Shown one piece after another: positions 1 through 14,288 of a stretch of 64,000 bases of DNA. Within the stretch, counting starts at the first letter, position 1; each line of letters begins with the position of its first letter. Origin of the DNA: Haplodiscus bocki (lineage: Eukaryota); the NCBI GenBank assembly GCA_965655095.1, contig OZ296655.1, positions 55,800,001 to 55,864,000 of the forward strand, given 5' to 3'. The notes beneath the pieces are model-generated. The model saw only the letters and a program-made list of their open reading frames with translations, ran no database searches and was not told the DNA's origin. The position numbers and the translations under genes are program-made.

Positions 1-180
1 CAAAATCACATAACCTGCATAACAGAAAAACTCAACCACTTCTTTCAACTCTTTGAAACAACAGAAAACAAAGACAAAAACCTTATCACAACATAACTAA
101 TGAGCGAATTTGGTGAGGAACTTGATGCCCAGGACAAATGCTGACGACTAGCATTCAGACAGTCACCACCAGACGAAAAA

Positions 181-2660
181 TTAATCCAAAAGACCGACGC
201 AAGTTTTCAAAAGGCAGGAAATGCAGTATTGGCGGAAGATGATCCTAACCATGTACTTACGTCAATACGTAAAACCTTGCCCCAGTAGCATACAGTTCCA
301 AAGCATTCACACTCTCACAAAAAAGGATGTCTATCTATGTCATGGAATTTTTAGCATATTGTCCGGCATTCAATAAATTTTGAACACAGTTTTTGGGGAA
401 AACCAAAATCAATCAACATTTAGACAGAGTAATTTGTTAACACGATTTTCCCCAAGCAAAAGGATTCCAACACGAGTATGGAACGCATGCGACATTGGTT
501 TACAATTCCATTTTACAATAGCACACAATCCTGGCAAAAAGAACACTGCTGCTGATTTTTATCATGTTTGGAGACCGACCCAAACAAACAGGTTATCCTT
601 AAAATCAGCGAAGACGTTCCTACACACCAATTGAAGTAAACTTTGACTTAACAGGATTAGCATACAAATACCAAGTCTGCTTTCACCCTGATGACGCTGA
701 ATTGCCAACTGAAAAGTGATGGCAACTCAAACAACAAAAACCAAATACACTACAGATGGAACCCCCCGTCAAAACCATGTCACACTACTGCAGACATGAC
801 AAGTACATAATCACCCTGATGCACTACATGGAATCATTCATCGAAGTCCCACCAATACTAATCGAACAAAACGCGGATCCGGTACTACTAAACTTCAAGA
901 GACAATTGCTTGGTTTAGCTTTCGACGAACAAACATTAGCAATAAATTCTAGATACACTCACCATTGCCGAAACAAAAAACGCATCATATTCAGAGATGA
1001 TATCTTAAACAGACAGAACTACACTGATTTCGGTGAGATTAGCGACCTATAAGTTTTACTACCAGTGAAACTAAGAAATACACTGCTCAACTCATTTTAT
1101 GGTGAAACAGGAAAACCCCCAGGTATCTCTAAAATGATGCAAGAAATAAGACAAAATTATTACTTCTTTTAAATTGCGAACGAAGTCCACAAATGGGGAA
1201 AAGAGTGTCAATCCTGCATCTAAGAAAAAAAGATTGACAACTCAAAAGTTACACCAGAACTCATCAGTATACCTGGATGCGGTTTAGGTCAGGAGACGCC
1301 ATGCAAATAGATTTGCTACCAGAACTCCAGCAAAGTGGAGGCTACAAATTTATCATCAACGCAATCGATGTAATTTCACGACACGCCTTCGCCAGCCCGG
1401 TATCCAATCCTACAGCGATGCTTAACACTCCAGAAGTTATCATCGATACCAAGACTAGACATGCTTACCTTCCTACATTAATGACAACTCACAAAGGCTC
1501 AATTTTTGTTTCAAATGTGATACAAGAAAAAGCTGAAATTCTAAGTATAACACTTTGCCATGCGACATCGAAGCATGCACAAACTATCGGAGCCTTAGAA
1601 AGAACGCCTGCCGCAATAAAAACATCAGTGAAACTGTCCTCAGGAGAAATTCGCAACCAATGGCACAAGTATTCACCAATAGCCATTGGAACTACAACAC
1701 AAAGTATGACACGAGTATCGGATGCAAATCTAGCCAAGTCTTTAACGGAAAAACCCATAAAACATACTCAATCACAAACTCGGGTTGAAACTCAAAACTG
1801 GTTTAGCCCCGAATACAGATTTTCAAAACGAACTACTGAGAAGAACACAAATTTTGTACAAAACCAACAAAAAAGTAATTCAGTCATACATCAGATACAA
1901 ATTTTGTAATGATAAAAAAACAAGAGCCTCGCCCAAGCGAGAGAAAATTTATCTCTACATCTTACAACTTGAAGCGGATCCCCAAGGATCAAAAATACCT
2001 TTTCTTGTTTTTAGATGGATTGTTTCATAAGTAGTAGAAAAAGTTTTGCCCAACAAAAACTGCATAGTCCGTTAAATCAGTACCAACAAAACCCAAATTT
2101 TACATCGTATTAGACCTCGCAATTGCACTTCAGACACATCCTTAGATGACAGCTACACTAATGAAAAATTCCCACCTGATGATAAAATTGTGTTTCCTCA
2201 GGATATTTTATACAGTATAGCGTGGGAGGCGAAATTTAATCCCTAATTTCTCAAAAATCACAAATTGTACCACGAGCTGAAAACGCACCAAAACGCAAAC
2301 AGTCGAGACTCTGCTACACATCAGAACGTTACAGGGAATTTGCCCGAAAGCACAAAAATGCAATAGACGCTACTACTGATGAACGGCATTCCGATACACA
2401 CTCAATTCAACATTACTTCAATGCTCCACAAAATGACACACACGTTCGTTTTAACGTTCCCCCCAATTGAAAATGTTGATACGTCAAAATCATGGCAAGA
2501 TTCATAAACAAGGCATGATACCGGTTCAACTGCATCTACGGACTTGAAAAAGTCCGTCTTCTGAAAAGACGAACCTACTCAAGATACAATTTTTTACGCG
2601 GAGGAAATTACAACCTACGACTTCACCCTAACCCAAACTTCTGACTCAAATAGATATTAG
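181..2660 (+). pseudogene. pol: Gypsy pol remnant (RNase H, integrase Zn-binding region and core), frameshifted
   Basis: QIDLLPEL..GGYKFIINAIDVISRHAFA, HATSKHAQTIGALERT and YNTKYDTSIGCK fragments in several frames with many stops. RNase H precedes integrase, the Gypsy order. Confidence 0.88.
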
Positions 2661-4330
2661 ACAGGTGCCAAAAAATGAATTACTGGAATGTCGCAGAGAG
2701 CCACTAATATTTTACTTTTTCCTATTTTTCTCTCTTTTTTTTCTTTTTCATCATTTATCCTTTTAACCACAATCGGGTAATAACAAATAATCAGAAACAA
2801 AAAGAACTGAAAAAAACTACACTTATAAATACAACATCAGCATCGAAAGAATTTCAATCTTCTTAAATACCGGCACCACCAAGATTCCTTAAGTTCTCTA
2901 TCAAGGAAGCAACAGATTCTGGCAATCAAACCCTGACGACATCGGTTATCGGGGCTAACCAGGTAAAGGACTTTGAACGCACATAGTAGCTGAGGAAGAA
3001 GTATCTAAACTTCCCCCATCCACAACTGCATCTGCACGAATCCCTTTATAGCACTTTTACGACTCTTTCAAAGTTTAGTCTTTATCCAAAAAATCCACAT
3101 ACGACCACAGATTGTAACCTGGCTCAACAGCGATCCCACCAAAAATATCGCATTCTGAAATAACAGATGGTAGAGAACTCTGAACTCGCCTAATTGCTTC
3201 CGATAAATCCGGCCCTTCTCCAGACCCACTTGCAGACCCAAATCTGACTTCCAGTAACTCCTATACAAGGTGCAGTAAACATAAACAGCTCAGGCGGAAC
3301 TTTAGCAAAACCTTCAGCTTATGACATAACTGAGGACAACCAGCTAAAAATGAAATAATGTCTCCAACTTCAGGCCCGAAGTTATCCTCATGCATGTAAG
3401 TTTAACGTACATCGTCAATGAAAAGCATGAACTCATCAACATGACTGTTCGAAGTTCTTCAGCAACCCACTCACGGACACAAAAATTGTGAACCAAAACA
3501 CCCTAGCTCTTCAGGGAGGCAGAAAACAATAGAGTAATTGAAGCAGCCCATGCCGTTTGAAAGATGTAACTTCCACGTACTATGGGCCAAGCGCCCATTG
3601 CGCACAAACTTCATAAGTTTGCGAGCCGACTCCAAAAATGGACTCAATGCCTCTTCCACAACAGCAGATGTCACAGCATGGTCACTAGCCTTCTTCTTTT
3701 ACGTCTTCTTCGCCATTTCGACAGTAACCTTTGCAACACGCAGAGCACAAAAGCTGAAATTGGGTCTTCCTCATAAAATCACCCAAACCAAACAATGTTA
3801 TGCCGGTGGAATCTACTTCGTGGATGGCTTCCCAATCTCCTTCCGATGGTAGATAAGCTTTCGTAAAAATCCTTGAAAGTAAACCATAAAAGAAGGAAGC
3901 CAACTCTCTGTTGAGTGAAAAACCTTCATTCTGTCTGTTGCGTCAACGCAAATTGGAACACTGCTGGAAGTCCTGCATGATGGCAGGGAACAACTTGAAT
4001 ATCGAAGGAGAATAGATATCGGCAGTCATATTTGAATTAATCACTTGAGTTTGAAATGAAAATTAAGCCAAAAAAACAAACAGTTGACACAAATTTTCCA
4101 ACATTGTTTTTCAAGCAACACTAACATGTCCTTTCACAATACTGAACTCCCTCTAACTGTCCACTTGCCTCAATAAAAATACAAACGTCAGCCACTTGAT
4201 GATATAGTTCTTGAACCACCAGATACAGTCTCAAGAAATCAGATCCTCAAGAGCCTACAAAAAAATTGAACCCACATATTATTTTGTCATTTTCACTACT
4301 GTTGCCAACATCATGACCTACTTCGCGCAA

Positions 4331-6340
4331 TTATTGAATAGGCTGCATCCACTTGATGTTCAGAGTATCAAGAAAGCGGGGCAGAAGGGACTTTAGAAGC
4401 GAAAACATATCGATACGCCCCATCACACTGTAGCTAGGCTTCCGCAACATTTTCTCCAAAATCAAACTCTTGAAGTCAAAAGGGTAACGCACACATACAT
4501 TACTGCTACGGGACAAAGCCAGAGCTTTTATCACGTCGACACCAACTCCTCCACAATTAACAATCTCGAGACTTTTGACACAAGTCCAAGAATTTGGGAG
4601 ATCCCTAACAATTGGTTTTTTACAACCGGGGCATCGCGATCACAAAGTAACACGTCAAGGTCCAACAATCTTCCTCCTTCCCAAAACTGAACACTCACTC
4701 TAGGGCACTCGACGCTAAATACAACTGACACGAACATTGACTACACCAGAACAGATTTCACATGCCACATCAGTCGGATCAAACAAAAATGAAGATTTCC
4801 CTGACCTAACAAAGCCAACTTCGTACTTCTATGTAAACAATACGAAAACACATAATGACTACAAACCTAATTATCCCAACTCGATGGCATAACCACGTCA
4901 ATATAAAAAACTGTGACTAGTGCAATCCAACTAACACTGACATTCTTGGCTCCAGTTAAAATTTGAAGTCGGACCAGAGTTTCCAGTTAAACTGCCCAGG
5001 TAATTCCACAAACCATCTAAGATCCACCGTTGCCCTCCACTCTTAAGAAATGTTGTCAACAACTGCAGCTAGAATCACACACAATCCTCCCTACCAGCAA
5101 ACATAAACGGTTTCCCTTCTACAACATCATAGTAAGAAGGCCTCTTATGATCCGTTTCGGGCACTTCACAGATCTTGTACGCTTCCCGTTCAGCAGCTAG
5201 ACACTCCCCATACAACAGACGGGCATCCATCCTTCTCACAGCCTCAAGGAAGTAGCGATCGCAGTAAGGCTGCTCTAGTCGCAAATGCCCTGCACTCTGA
5301 TAATGTCGTTTCATTTCAATTATCCCACGTGAAAGCATCAAAAAGATGACTCTGCAGATCATGCAGTAAATTTTGGTGATTTTTTAACGGATCTTCAGGT
5401 TCAGAATGAAAAAGTCTAGCCCATGGCAATCACTGTAACACCTCCTCAAAAAAACATCCATCCACCTTCATCTCGGTTACCGGGAGGAATTGCGTTTGGG
5501 CGACCTTCAAATGACTTGAATGGATCTACCTTCTTGGATTTTTTTTTCGTCTTCAACTTCCGCGTTAACACAGCCAAGTGCAAATCTTCTTCTTTTGACG
5601 CCATAATGACAGTTCCCATTGATTGCGTTCCTTGCGTCAAAAAAGCAATCGTTCACTGCTCAGTTCCACCCGGCCAAGCAGTATCCACACTCGCAGCTGT
5701 CGCCGTCAAACCAAACACAGTAGGTAGCAAATACTTTGGTTCGGACGCAAAACTGTCAGATCGCGTGGAAATATTTACGTTTGGTCCAATCTCTCCACGT
5801 CAACCCAAGCTGCCAACTCCACGAGCACAAAACAATAGGTCTTCCAAAAGCCCATAAGACGCCAGTGTGACTTCCAACCCCACTTTTCTAGCATTTTGAG
5901 TCATCTGATCAGCACTCAAACTAGTAGTGGTATCGCCTCGATCCAACACGGTCGGTGGGTTTAGCTGGAAAAAATTCTCTAACAAAGTTTTCGCAGACTC
6001 ACTAGGGTAAAACTTTGACTTTTGTGAAAATCTGTTTTTGTGCAATTAACTCTTCTCGCGGCGTCAATTCAATATTCACGTTCCTCCAAGAAAACCTAGA
6101 TGGTCCGGCTTGCTCCGCTGTGGTACCCCTCCCAATCATCGCATCAATCTCAGACAAGGCAATGTCAGTACTTCCTACTTCCACCGACGCCACGGTCATA
6201 CAACTGCTCCCCAGATAATGTCTATTGAAGTTTGCAGGTCGACCGGTGGCTACAGGGTCTACTTCGGATTTTTCCACAGCAAACACAACGTTTGAAGCAC
6301 GTTTAACGGGAGTTCCCACAGGTGACACTTTCAACGACAT
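4331..6340 (-). pseudogene. Fragmented antisense ORF of unknown function inside retrotransposon A
   Basis: Chain of abutting or overlapping minus-strand ORFs (6002-6340, 5800-6045, 5446-5640, 5075-5362, 4531-4737, 4331-4534) with protein-like composition, starting at ATG 6340. No family recognised. Confidence 0.5.
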
Positions 6341-8571
6341 GACTCATGTCTTCCACCTTCTTCCAACATTTTCACGGTTGTCGAACTACTCAAAACACGA
6401 CTGACTCTTGACTCACCAACAACTCATTCCGCCGTGGCACCTCCAGTAGCAATCTGCACTTGTAATTCTCGTTCGCCCAAAAATTCAGCAACTGAAACTC
6501 TACCCAAGTCCAAGAGTTTACTCATTTCAACTCCACTGAATGACTATCACTTCTCAGCACATTATGAGCTCACTCTCACCCTATCATCAATTTCGGTGTC
6601 CCCTTCCCCACCCACGTCAACGGCACCACTCGTAACGTTTGGTCTTTCAATCTGTACTGTAGAAGGAACTCCTTGCAAAACGGTCATTGGTTTAATAGGG
6701 ACGTGTCACTTTCTAGGATTTCAACAAAATCGGGAACACATACCGGGGGAAAACATTAGCTCCTGCTGATTCTTTCCAGTTTGTTCTTCCTCATACAATT
6801 GGGTTCCTTTTTCTAATTTACGGAAACTTATGAACGTGCGCGGTAAATTACGAGAAAATTCGGGCATTTTCATGGTCGTCCAAGACAGGAAACACGCGTT
6901 TGATCATATGCATTTAAATCGCGTGCCTTGAAAAGTGAAGAAAAATTGTTGCGGCAAAATGAACAACAATTCACTGATCAAATAGTTCTTCACTTCCTAT
7001 CCCAATATGCGAACTAAAGAAAAAAAATCAAACTCACCCATTTTGAACAAAATGCTGATGTTCATAACTCCCACCGTACCACACATTCTTCGGGTAGAAC
7101 ACTGACTCCAACTCAGAGATTATGTACAATAGCAGATATATTATAGTCCAAAGGCCCACAATTTCATACAATAGAGAAATAAAAGTTATTCAAATGAAAA
7201 AGGTACAGTAAGTACAACCTAAAAATGTGTGGATGTTGTGGTTGTACAATATGGATTTACGTCCAGACTATTTCATATTAATGATCTTTGACCTACATAT
7301 AAAAGTACATACTTATTTGCATCGAGTAATGTCAACTCCTGCTTGAACTGACTGACAAATTCCCAACCAAACAATTTCACCTATGTCCATTTTACGTCAC
7401 ATTCAAATTTCATTGACCCATAAATTTCATTTTACTCATAATTCACGCTTTATCAAACTTAAATCCTAATCAAAAGTTATCTGAATCAACTGATTGGATA
7501 AACCTCTTTCACCTATCACTACCATTAGAATCCGACAAAACTGCTTCGTTTTACATAAATAACTCATCAACAAATCTCAATAACAAGCTGAACAGGTATT
7601 TAACATCACACGTCTACGCTCTCACTGCTTCTGGCATTCATCACTTCACCAATATTTACCTCTGTTTCGTTTTGTTCACCCTTCAAATAAAAAATGCTTC
7701 GCAATGATTGGAAAGACTTTTGGTGGGTCCTCCCAGTCCTTCTCCTTCTCCCGAACCAAATGCATTTCATTCAATTCAGATATCACTCCCACATGAATTT
7801 TGATACAATATCCAACTTTTTCAGGGAAGACGAAAACCTTTACAGGAACGGCTCTCCGGTATTTTGAAAAAAAAAAAACATGACAGAAAACCAATGGACG
7901 AAGATGGAACCATGCAGACAGAGCCCATATTTTTGTCAATCGAAGAAGGCACAGCGTCAGATTACTCTATGTCTCACCAATATTTGGCACAAGATGTTGA
8001 CACCTAATATGAGACGTTGAACTAATTTATGGTTTCCCCAAACGAACCGTCAGACACACACAACACAGGTCACAATTTTAAAAATATGACACAGATCAGA
8101 CCAAACCGTCTCTATCCTGAACATCAAATTCGACATCACAGCCAACCCAGATATTACACAACGTCTCTGAGGCAACAACAAGTTACTACACTCAATTTGT
8201 GCCCCACGCTATTGAAATACGCCAAATATCAGAAACGCTTGATTCAACCGAGTCGCAAACGCCGTCAAACCAAGGGCAAACTAAGGTATTCCCACAATAT
8301 GATTTGCCAGATACTCCCCCTTCGACCAACACTCATTCATTGCCAAACATCAATTCAGTATTACAAGTGCTTGCACTACACACCCACACAGGAATTAAAA
8401 ACAGATTAACAAGATGCAACGTATGTGGGTGGGAAGTAATTGAAGAAACGGTGGCAGTCAAGTTACGTGTCACTAATGAGCCTGAGGAAACAATCAAAGA
8501 CCACCACAATAAACTACATGCAGTCTCAGGAGGTCTGCAATGAGGAGCGTTCATTTTTGTCCCCCGGGGAG

Positions 8572-10443
8572 TGTCACAGGCTATGGCCTGTGACAGAGTA
8601 ATACAGCAAATGAACAACTGAGACACTTGCCAGGAACCACAAGGAAACTTTTTACCACTATTCCAAGACTAAAAAATAAAATATATAGTTCTATATTTAT
8701 TCATTCATTTATTTTGCACTTATGTAGACTCTTATGTACCCATAGCAAAGTATTTTTAAATTACGACGCTATGAAAATTACATTCTTTTTTCTGTCAGAT
8801 GTAAATCCATACTACAATCCATAATACGAAGTACACTTGAGCACAGAGAAAGGAGCAAATTCAGAGCAGCAATATGCAATATTTTATCGATTTGTTCTTT
8901 GTTTTGTGAAATTCTTATTGACTAACCTTACTCTGACCAACCGTTGACAAAGAACAAGCTCCTTTAATTTATCATGTCATAAACAGTGCTATAGAAGTGA
9001 TTTTGACGAAGCTGACGGCAGCCAAGCCTTCAATTCCACCACCTCACTGCCACTCCGAACTTGCGTCAAAATCACATCACCAACTGGGAGAGTGACATGA
9101 GGAAAAAACATTAACACGTCGCCAGTACAGAGCTACGCAAAAGTGATCATATACTTCTACCAATGATGATTTGACAAATTTAAAATAAAACAATTGTCAA
9201 ACCCATGTAAAAACATTCTCCTTTATTTATACCAGAAATATATTGAAAAGTTTTCGAAGACTAGTGTCAAATCTACGTCAAGTCGTGTATTTATGACACA
9301 GTAACAAATTCCTTTCATACAGTCCAAAGTAGTGCTACCTCATAAACGTGTCATACTTAATGAGTATTGATACTTTTTCCTATTCGTGATTTTTTCCGTG
9401 CTTGTGAAAGTACAGAAAGTTCAGTTATTCATTTATACCACCAGCATTAGAAGCAAAAGTAGTCGTAATTAGAATGTCTTGTAGAAGTTTTATTGGACTC
9501 TTTGAGGATTCATATTCAGAAATTCAATGTTATTTTTGGAACTACGTAAACATGATGTCATGTTAAGGCGGTAGTTTCTTCTTTGATCTAATAAATTTAG
9601 TTATAGAATCACATATAGCGTCTTCCTCTGAGAAAACCTAATAGGCACACGAGAAGAACAGATGACCCTTGCTTTTACCGCAGCACGAAGCCAACGAGCG
9701 AAGTTCAGAAAATGCAAAATCACCCAACTGATCTGTTGCAAAACTCAATTTGAACGTTTTACCAAGCAGTCAGCTTTATATACCCAAAACTCATATAAAT
9801 TTGATAATTTGTTACTTTCTTTTGTTCTGTTGCACTCTGTTGATTTATATTTTGAGTTCCATTCAATTTTTCACTCAAAATTATTTCTGCCCGAAAGAAG
9901 AAGCACCGAAACCAAAGACAACTTAGTCAGTTGAAGGAAACTTGAAACGATTTTGTCATCGGTAATAACACCAAAGTGAGTGCGCTTGCAAATGAGATCT
10001 TAGAACCTCAGATCAACGGTTTTTCCACTAATTTTGGGAGTATTACGGCCGGTGGAAACAGTCCATGTCAAGATCAAATCATTGAAAATTATAGTGACGA
10101 CAAAATCAGAAAAGCGGTTGATAATGCTGTCACGACTGTTGAAAATCGGGTGCATGACGCAATTTTGACAGCGATGGACAACGTACTATATCGCGAGTTG
10201 AAATGGCTGTGAAATCAATCACCGGTTCATCAGGACGGAGACCCTGTAGTATGGTTCAAAACCCTGATCAAAGAAATTTCACAGGGAAAACTGAAAACAC
10301 TTAGCTCTTGTCGGCCGCAAGCCGAATAGATTTAAACGTTGCACAAGACAGAAATGATGAGACTCGTAATGTTGCAAATTTCAAGGATGGCGACTTTCCG
10401 GCATTGAGACCTAATAACGACTGGAATGCGCACGCTCATCACA
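8572..10443 (+). repeat. Putative 3' LTR of element A
   Basis: Begins TGTCACAGG right after a short purine tract and opens with a perfect 10-bp hairpin (8572-8595). Inferred to end ...CATCACA at the CA-rich microsatellite. The partner LTR is not in the window. Confidence 0.45.
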
Positions 10444-10542
10444 CACACACAACACCTACACACAAACTCCCAGAAACACGCAAACACACACACACACATA
10501 AGCCTACACAAACACGCACACATAGTTACACACACATACACT
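10436..10542. repeat. Degenerate (CA)n microsatellite
   Basis: acacacacac aacacctaca cacaaa... cacacacata runs. Confidence 0.9.
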
Positions 10543-13500
10543 TCTACACCTTGTCAATGGCCGATTGCCCACTCCCCCTATCATTATCGAATATAAAAAA
10601 TTTCGTTTACAGCTCAGTTACTCGAAATATTGTAGGTTAATTCTGATCAAAAAGCGTTACGGTGTGACTCCACTCAGTCAAATACCAAAATTTGTCTGTA
10701 ATCAGGCACTGTTTTGATTTTTACAATGAACTATATGGAAACATTTCTATGTAATAAATTTTTTGTCGGATTCGAAGCACTGTGTTTTGGTGACTACGCA
10801 TCTTTTTCAGCTGAATTTGCATTGCAACGTTACAACAGGATTGTAATATCGTTTGCAGAACTCTCGTTTGCGGACTAAATTTCATAGAAGGCATATTTTT
10901 TAAAAAAAGATTGAAGATCAAAATTTTTGGAGCCACTTCGCTTCTAAGCTCCGTCTAAGCACGCAGGCGCCCAGTTTTTCCATTTGCATCAAATTAACCA
11001 GGTGTTTAAAGTATCTGATACCAAACTTTAGTTGTGCTGCACAAAAACACTGATTCAAATTTTTTAAGTCAATATCTTCTCTGAAATTGCACTTTTTTGT
11101 ATATTCAAACACGACAGCTAAGTGGTCAATTGACTTGATTTTTGAAGAAGCGTGATAACACTGTGCAATGTATCCCGAACAGATTTGATCGCTCTAGAAT
11201 TACATTTCGCTTGGTTTTTGTACCATGAAAAGCTCAAACATAATCTTTTGTCAGCGCTTTCAATTCAGTGAAAAGTACAGTAGTGATTTCAATAAAGTGA
11301 ACTCTTCAGCAAAATTCAGCGTCTTTGAAGCTCAAATTCTCAGAAAAAATAGGTTTAGAAAAAAATTGTTGGAGCAAAAGTTGTTTTAGATTTTTGATAA
11401 AAGTAGAATTATCTTCATTTGATCGAAATCGGACAAAAACTTAAAGTTTTTGAGTTCCCCAAATTTCGAGATCGGTCAGTTTTGGAACTTTCGAAGATTT
11501 TGAGATGATAAATGGACAAATAATTCCAAAAAAAACCCTAAAATCAACCTTTACAATCCCCCTAAAACCATAATCAGCAAAATTGACCCAAATTTTATTC
11601 TCTATGAAAAAGCTCGTTTTTCGTTGTGAACAGTTTGTGATGATTTCTTAACTTTACTTCGAACGTTCAAAATTTCAACCCTTGAAAGAGATAGAAACGC
11701 ACAGTAGTCCTTGTTTTACATTCTTTAATCCAGTAAAATTTTTGACTATTTTCTGAGATTTAAACTCCAACTTAAACTATAGAAAACCAACTTCAACGAA
11801 GTTTCAAGACTTCATTTTCCAGAAAACTTAACTTTTTTTGGGTTTTTGAGAGAGAATCGAAGCCGCAAAACTGTATGAGAACGTTTTTCTGTATATTCAG
11901 TAGTTTACGATATTTTCAACGAAAACCTCCTATTTGTCCAGTATGGCTAAACTCGAGGTAAATGATAATTATCACAATGAATAGCATAAAAACTTAATAA
12001 GTATAAAAACGATATTTTCTGTAATTCTTACCTTCAATATAATTAATTACATTATTCATTATAATTATTAACAAAATACATTACTAATAAGTAAATACAT
12101 TCAATTGATAAAATGTAAAACTATATTATCAATGATAATAAATACCAAAAAATATTCAATTAATTGTAGTAGAACAAATTTCATAAAAAAATTCCTGTAC
12201 ATCCGGTCAATTATTCAACAATGACTTATTTCAGAAACGTTTACCATCAAAATGTCTCAGGTGAAACTGATCAGAGGCTGGAATTGAAGAAATGTGTAAA
12301 ATTTGGATGTACAGCCCATGTAATATCAGTGCACACCGAAATCAAAGTCTCTGACTCCGTCTTTAATGTTAACAGACAGTTTAACACACTTTTCAATAGT
12401 TTAACAGTTCTTAAGCTCTCTGAAATATCAACTCACTTGACATCAAATCACAAGAATCAATTATGCCCTATTGAAGCAGTACGATGTATGGTTGTCATGC
12501 CCGCGTGAGGGGAAATAAGGAGTTATATGCATATCCCTAAAACTATGTCTATGTGCTATATGTATGAAGCTACAATAGTAAAAAGTCTTAATGCAAGTTC
12601 TGAAGCCAAACAATGCATAAAGGTATAAATGCAACAATATCATATTAATTCCCTTCTGCCCCGATATGAAAGCGACTATGTATTATATAAAACACTACGT
12701 AGTACAAAACTGTGATAAGGAAATTGGACTACAAGACCATCAAAAACAAATGGGACAACTGAATATCTAAAAATCTAGCCAACTTACAAGGAAATTTCAG
12801 GAATAAAAGTTTCTTAGATTTTTAGGTAGATTACAATGGTTTTTGTTTGGAAAAAATTGGATCAATATAATAGAAGATATGGACTCACTATTTTACTCCT
12901 GAAGCCGTCATTTCTCCAAAGCTTGACATATTCAATGCATTTCAACCCATTTAGGAAAAAATTCTGCTACGAGCCTTACATCCCTTAAATTCTGAAAGGC
13001 AGAAAGTGCATTTTAACCTAAAAAAATCTGTCATTCTTCTGAAAATCGACTGTTTAGACAAATAAATTTTCTTTTACATGTATTTAAATAGAGCATAGCA
13101 TTTTTTGCATGAAATTCGTCAATTTTCTCCGCAACTTTAGACAATTTCAATAGCTCAAATATACTACTATGCCCGCGAAGTGATAAGATATGGACCCACA
13201 ACAGCGGAAAGTGAAAATACAATTTCTTATATGAGCAAATATGAGACTTTTGGAACAAAATTGTAAGAAACAACAGTTTAGGAGGGGTTTACAAACCATT
13301 TTATATCAGGACTTTCAAGCTCTTCAGATCAATTTTGCTAGCACAAATCTTGAAAGGCAAACAATAGGAAGAAATTGTGTTAACTAAACCCTCGATAACT
13401 TGCTTACATTGACTATTAAACGACGAAAACTAAAGTGTCCCATTTTTTTCACAGCTGTATGCTCCATTTCTTCATCATAGTACTTAGGTAAAACCAAGTA

Positions 13501-14040
13501 TTGATGAGCATTTTATAAATTAGCAGTTACATAACACCAATACCAACAGTGCAGAAATTACCTGAGAACAAACCTGACTGGCGCTAGATTTTGACGGAAG
13601 CACAAAAGTGAAAACACAAATTAAGAGACTAAAAGACATCGGTAAGCTTCGGCCGGAAACTTTCAATAAATACATGTGCCCTCTGTAAAGCAGTAAATTG
13701 ACTAAGCAGACTGTTATTGAGCTGAATCTACGCTACATCGGAAAACATCTGTCCCGATGTTTTCACTCCGAAATCCATTCTCTAATAGGCGAACACGAAA
13801 AATCTGAATAATATAAAAGTAACAAGAGATGTAGGAGTAGATAAATCACTAGCAGATTGAATTTGGGAGAGAATGAAGATATACATCGTTTTCTTTCCGT
13901 CCAAGACGGAAAACGGTGAAAATTGACTCCGCAGCTGAAACCGACAGCAACCGATGGATAGAAAAGATATGAATATACTCACAACAAAACGCATCGGTTT
14001 TTGTCAAAAGGGCAGCTTTCAACAGACTTCAGACATTTTC

Positions 14041-14096
14041 CTATGTCTGAGAGTTAATACTATGTCTGAGAGTTAATACTGTCTGAGAGTTAAAAC
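14041..14096. repeat. Three copies of a ~19-bp tandem unit (CTATGTCTGAGAGTTAATA)
   Basis: Directly visible; the third copy has a 2-bp deletion. Confidence 0.9.
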
Positions 14097-14288
14097 TAAT
14101 TTTCCAATGTCTGTACGATGAATGACTTGATGTTTCAACTTTAGTACATTTTCCGAGGTCCCAGATGGATAGTAACGGCATACATAGAAGATCATAGCTG
14201 AACTAGCTGATACATCAGAAGACAGAGCTTCTCGGATGTTTTCTTTAACTTAGCTATGTGCCAGACTCAACGCACGGACATTTTGTGA

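Larger units (their letters stand above)
1..10443 (+). mobile_element. Degenerate Ty3/Gypsy LTR retrotransposon A, 5' part outside the window (RNase H, integrase, ~6 kb accessory region, putative 3' LTR)
   Basis: RNase H motifs TDASFQKAGNAVLAED (~193-240) and IAHNPGKKNTAADF (~518-560), integrase core at 1277-1909, and a short purine tract GGGGAG followed by TGTCACAGG at 8572. The right end is inferred. Confidence 0.8.

Noticed and set aside
10308-10640. His/Thr-rich ORF
   Set aside because: The HT repeats are the translation of the (CA)n microsatellite.
10650-14000. Short ORFs in AT-rich DNA
   Set aside because: No recognisable motifs or consistent exon structure; likely MITE and decayed TE sequence.
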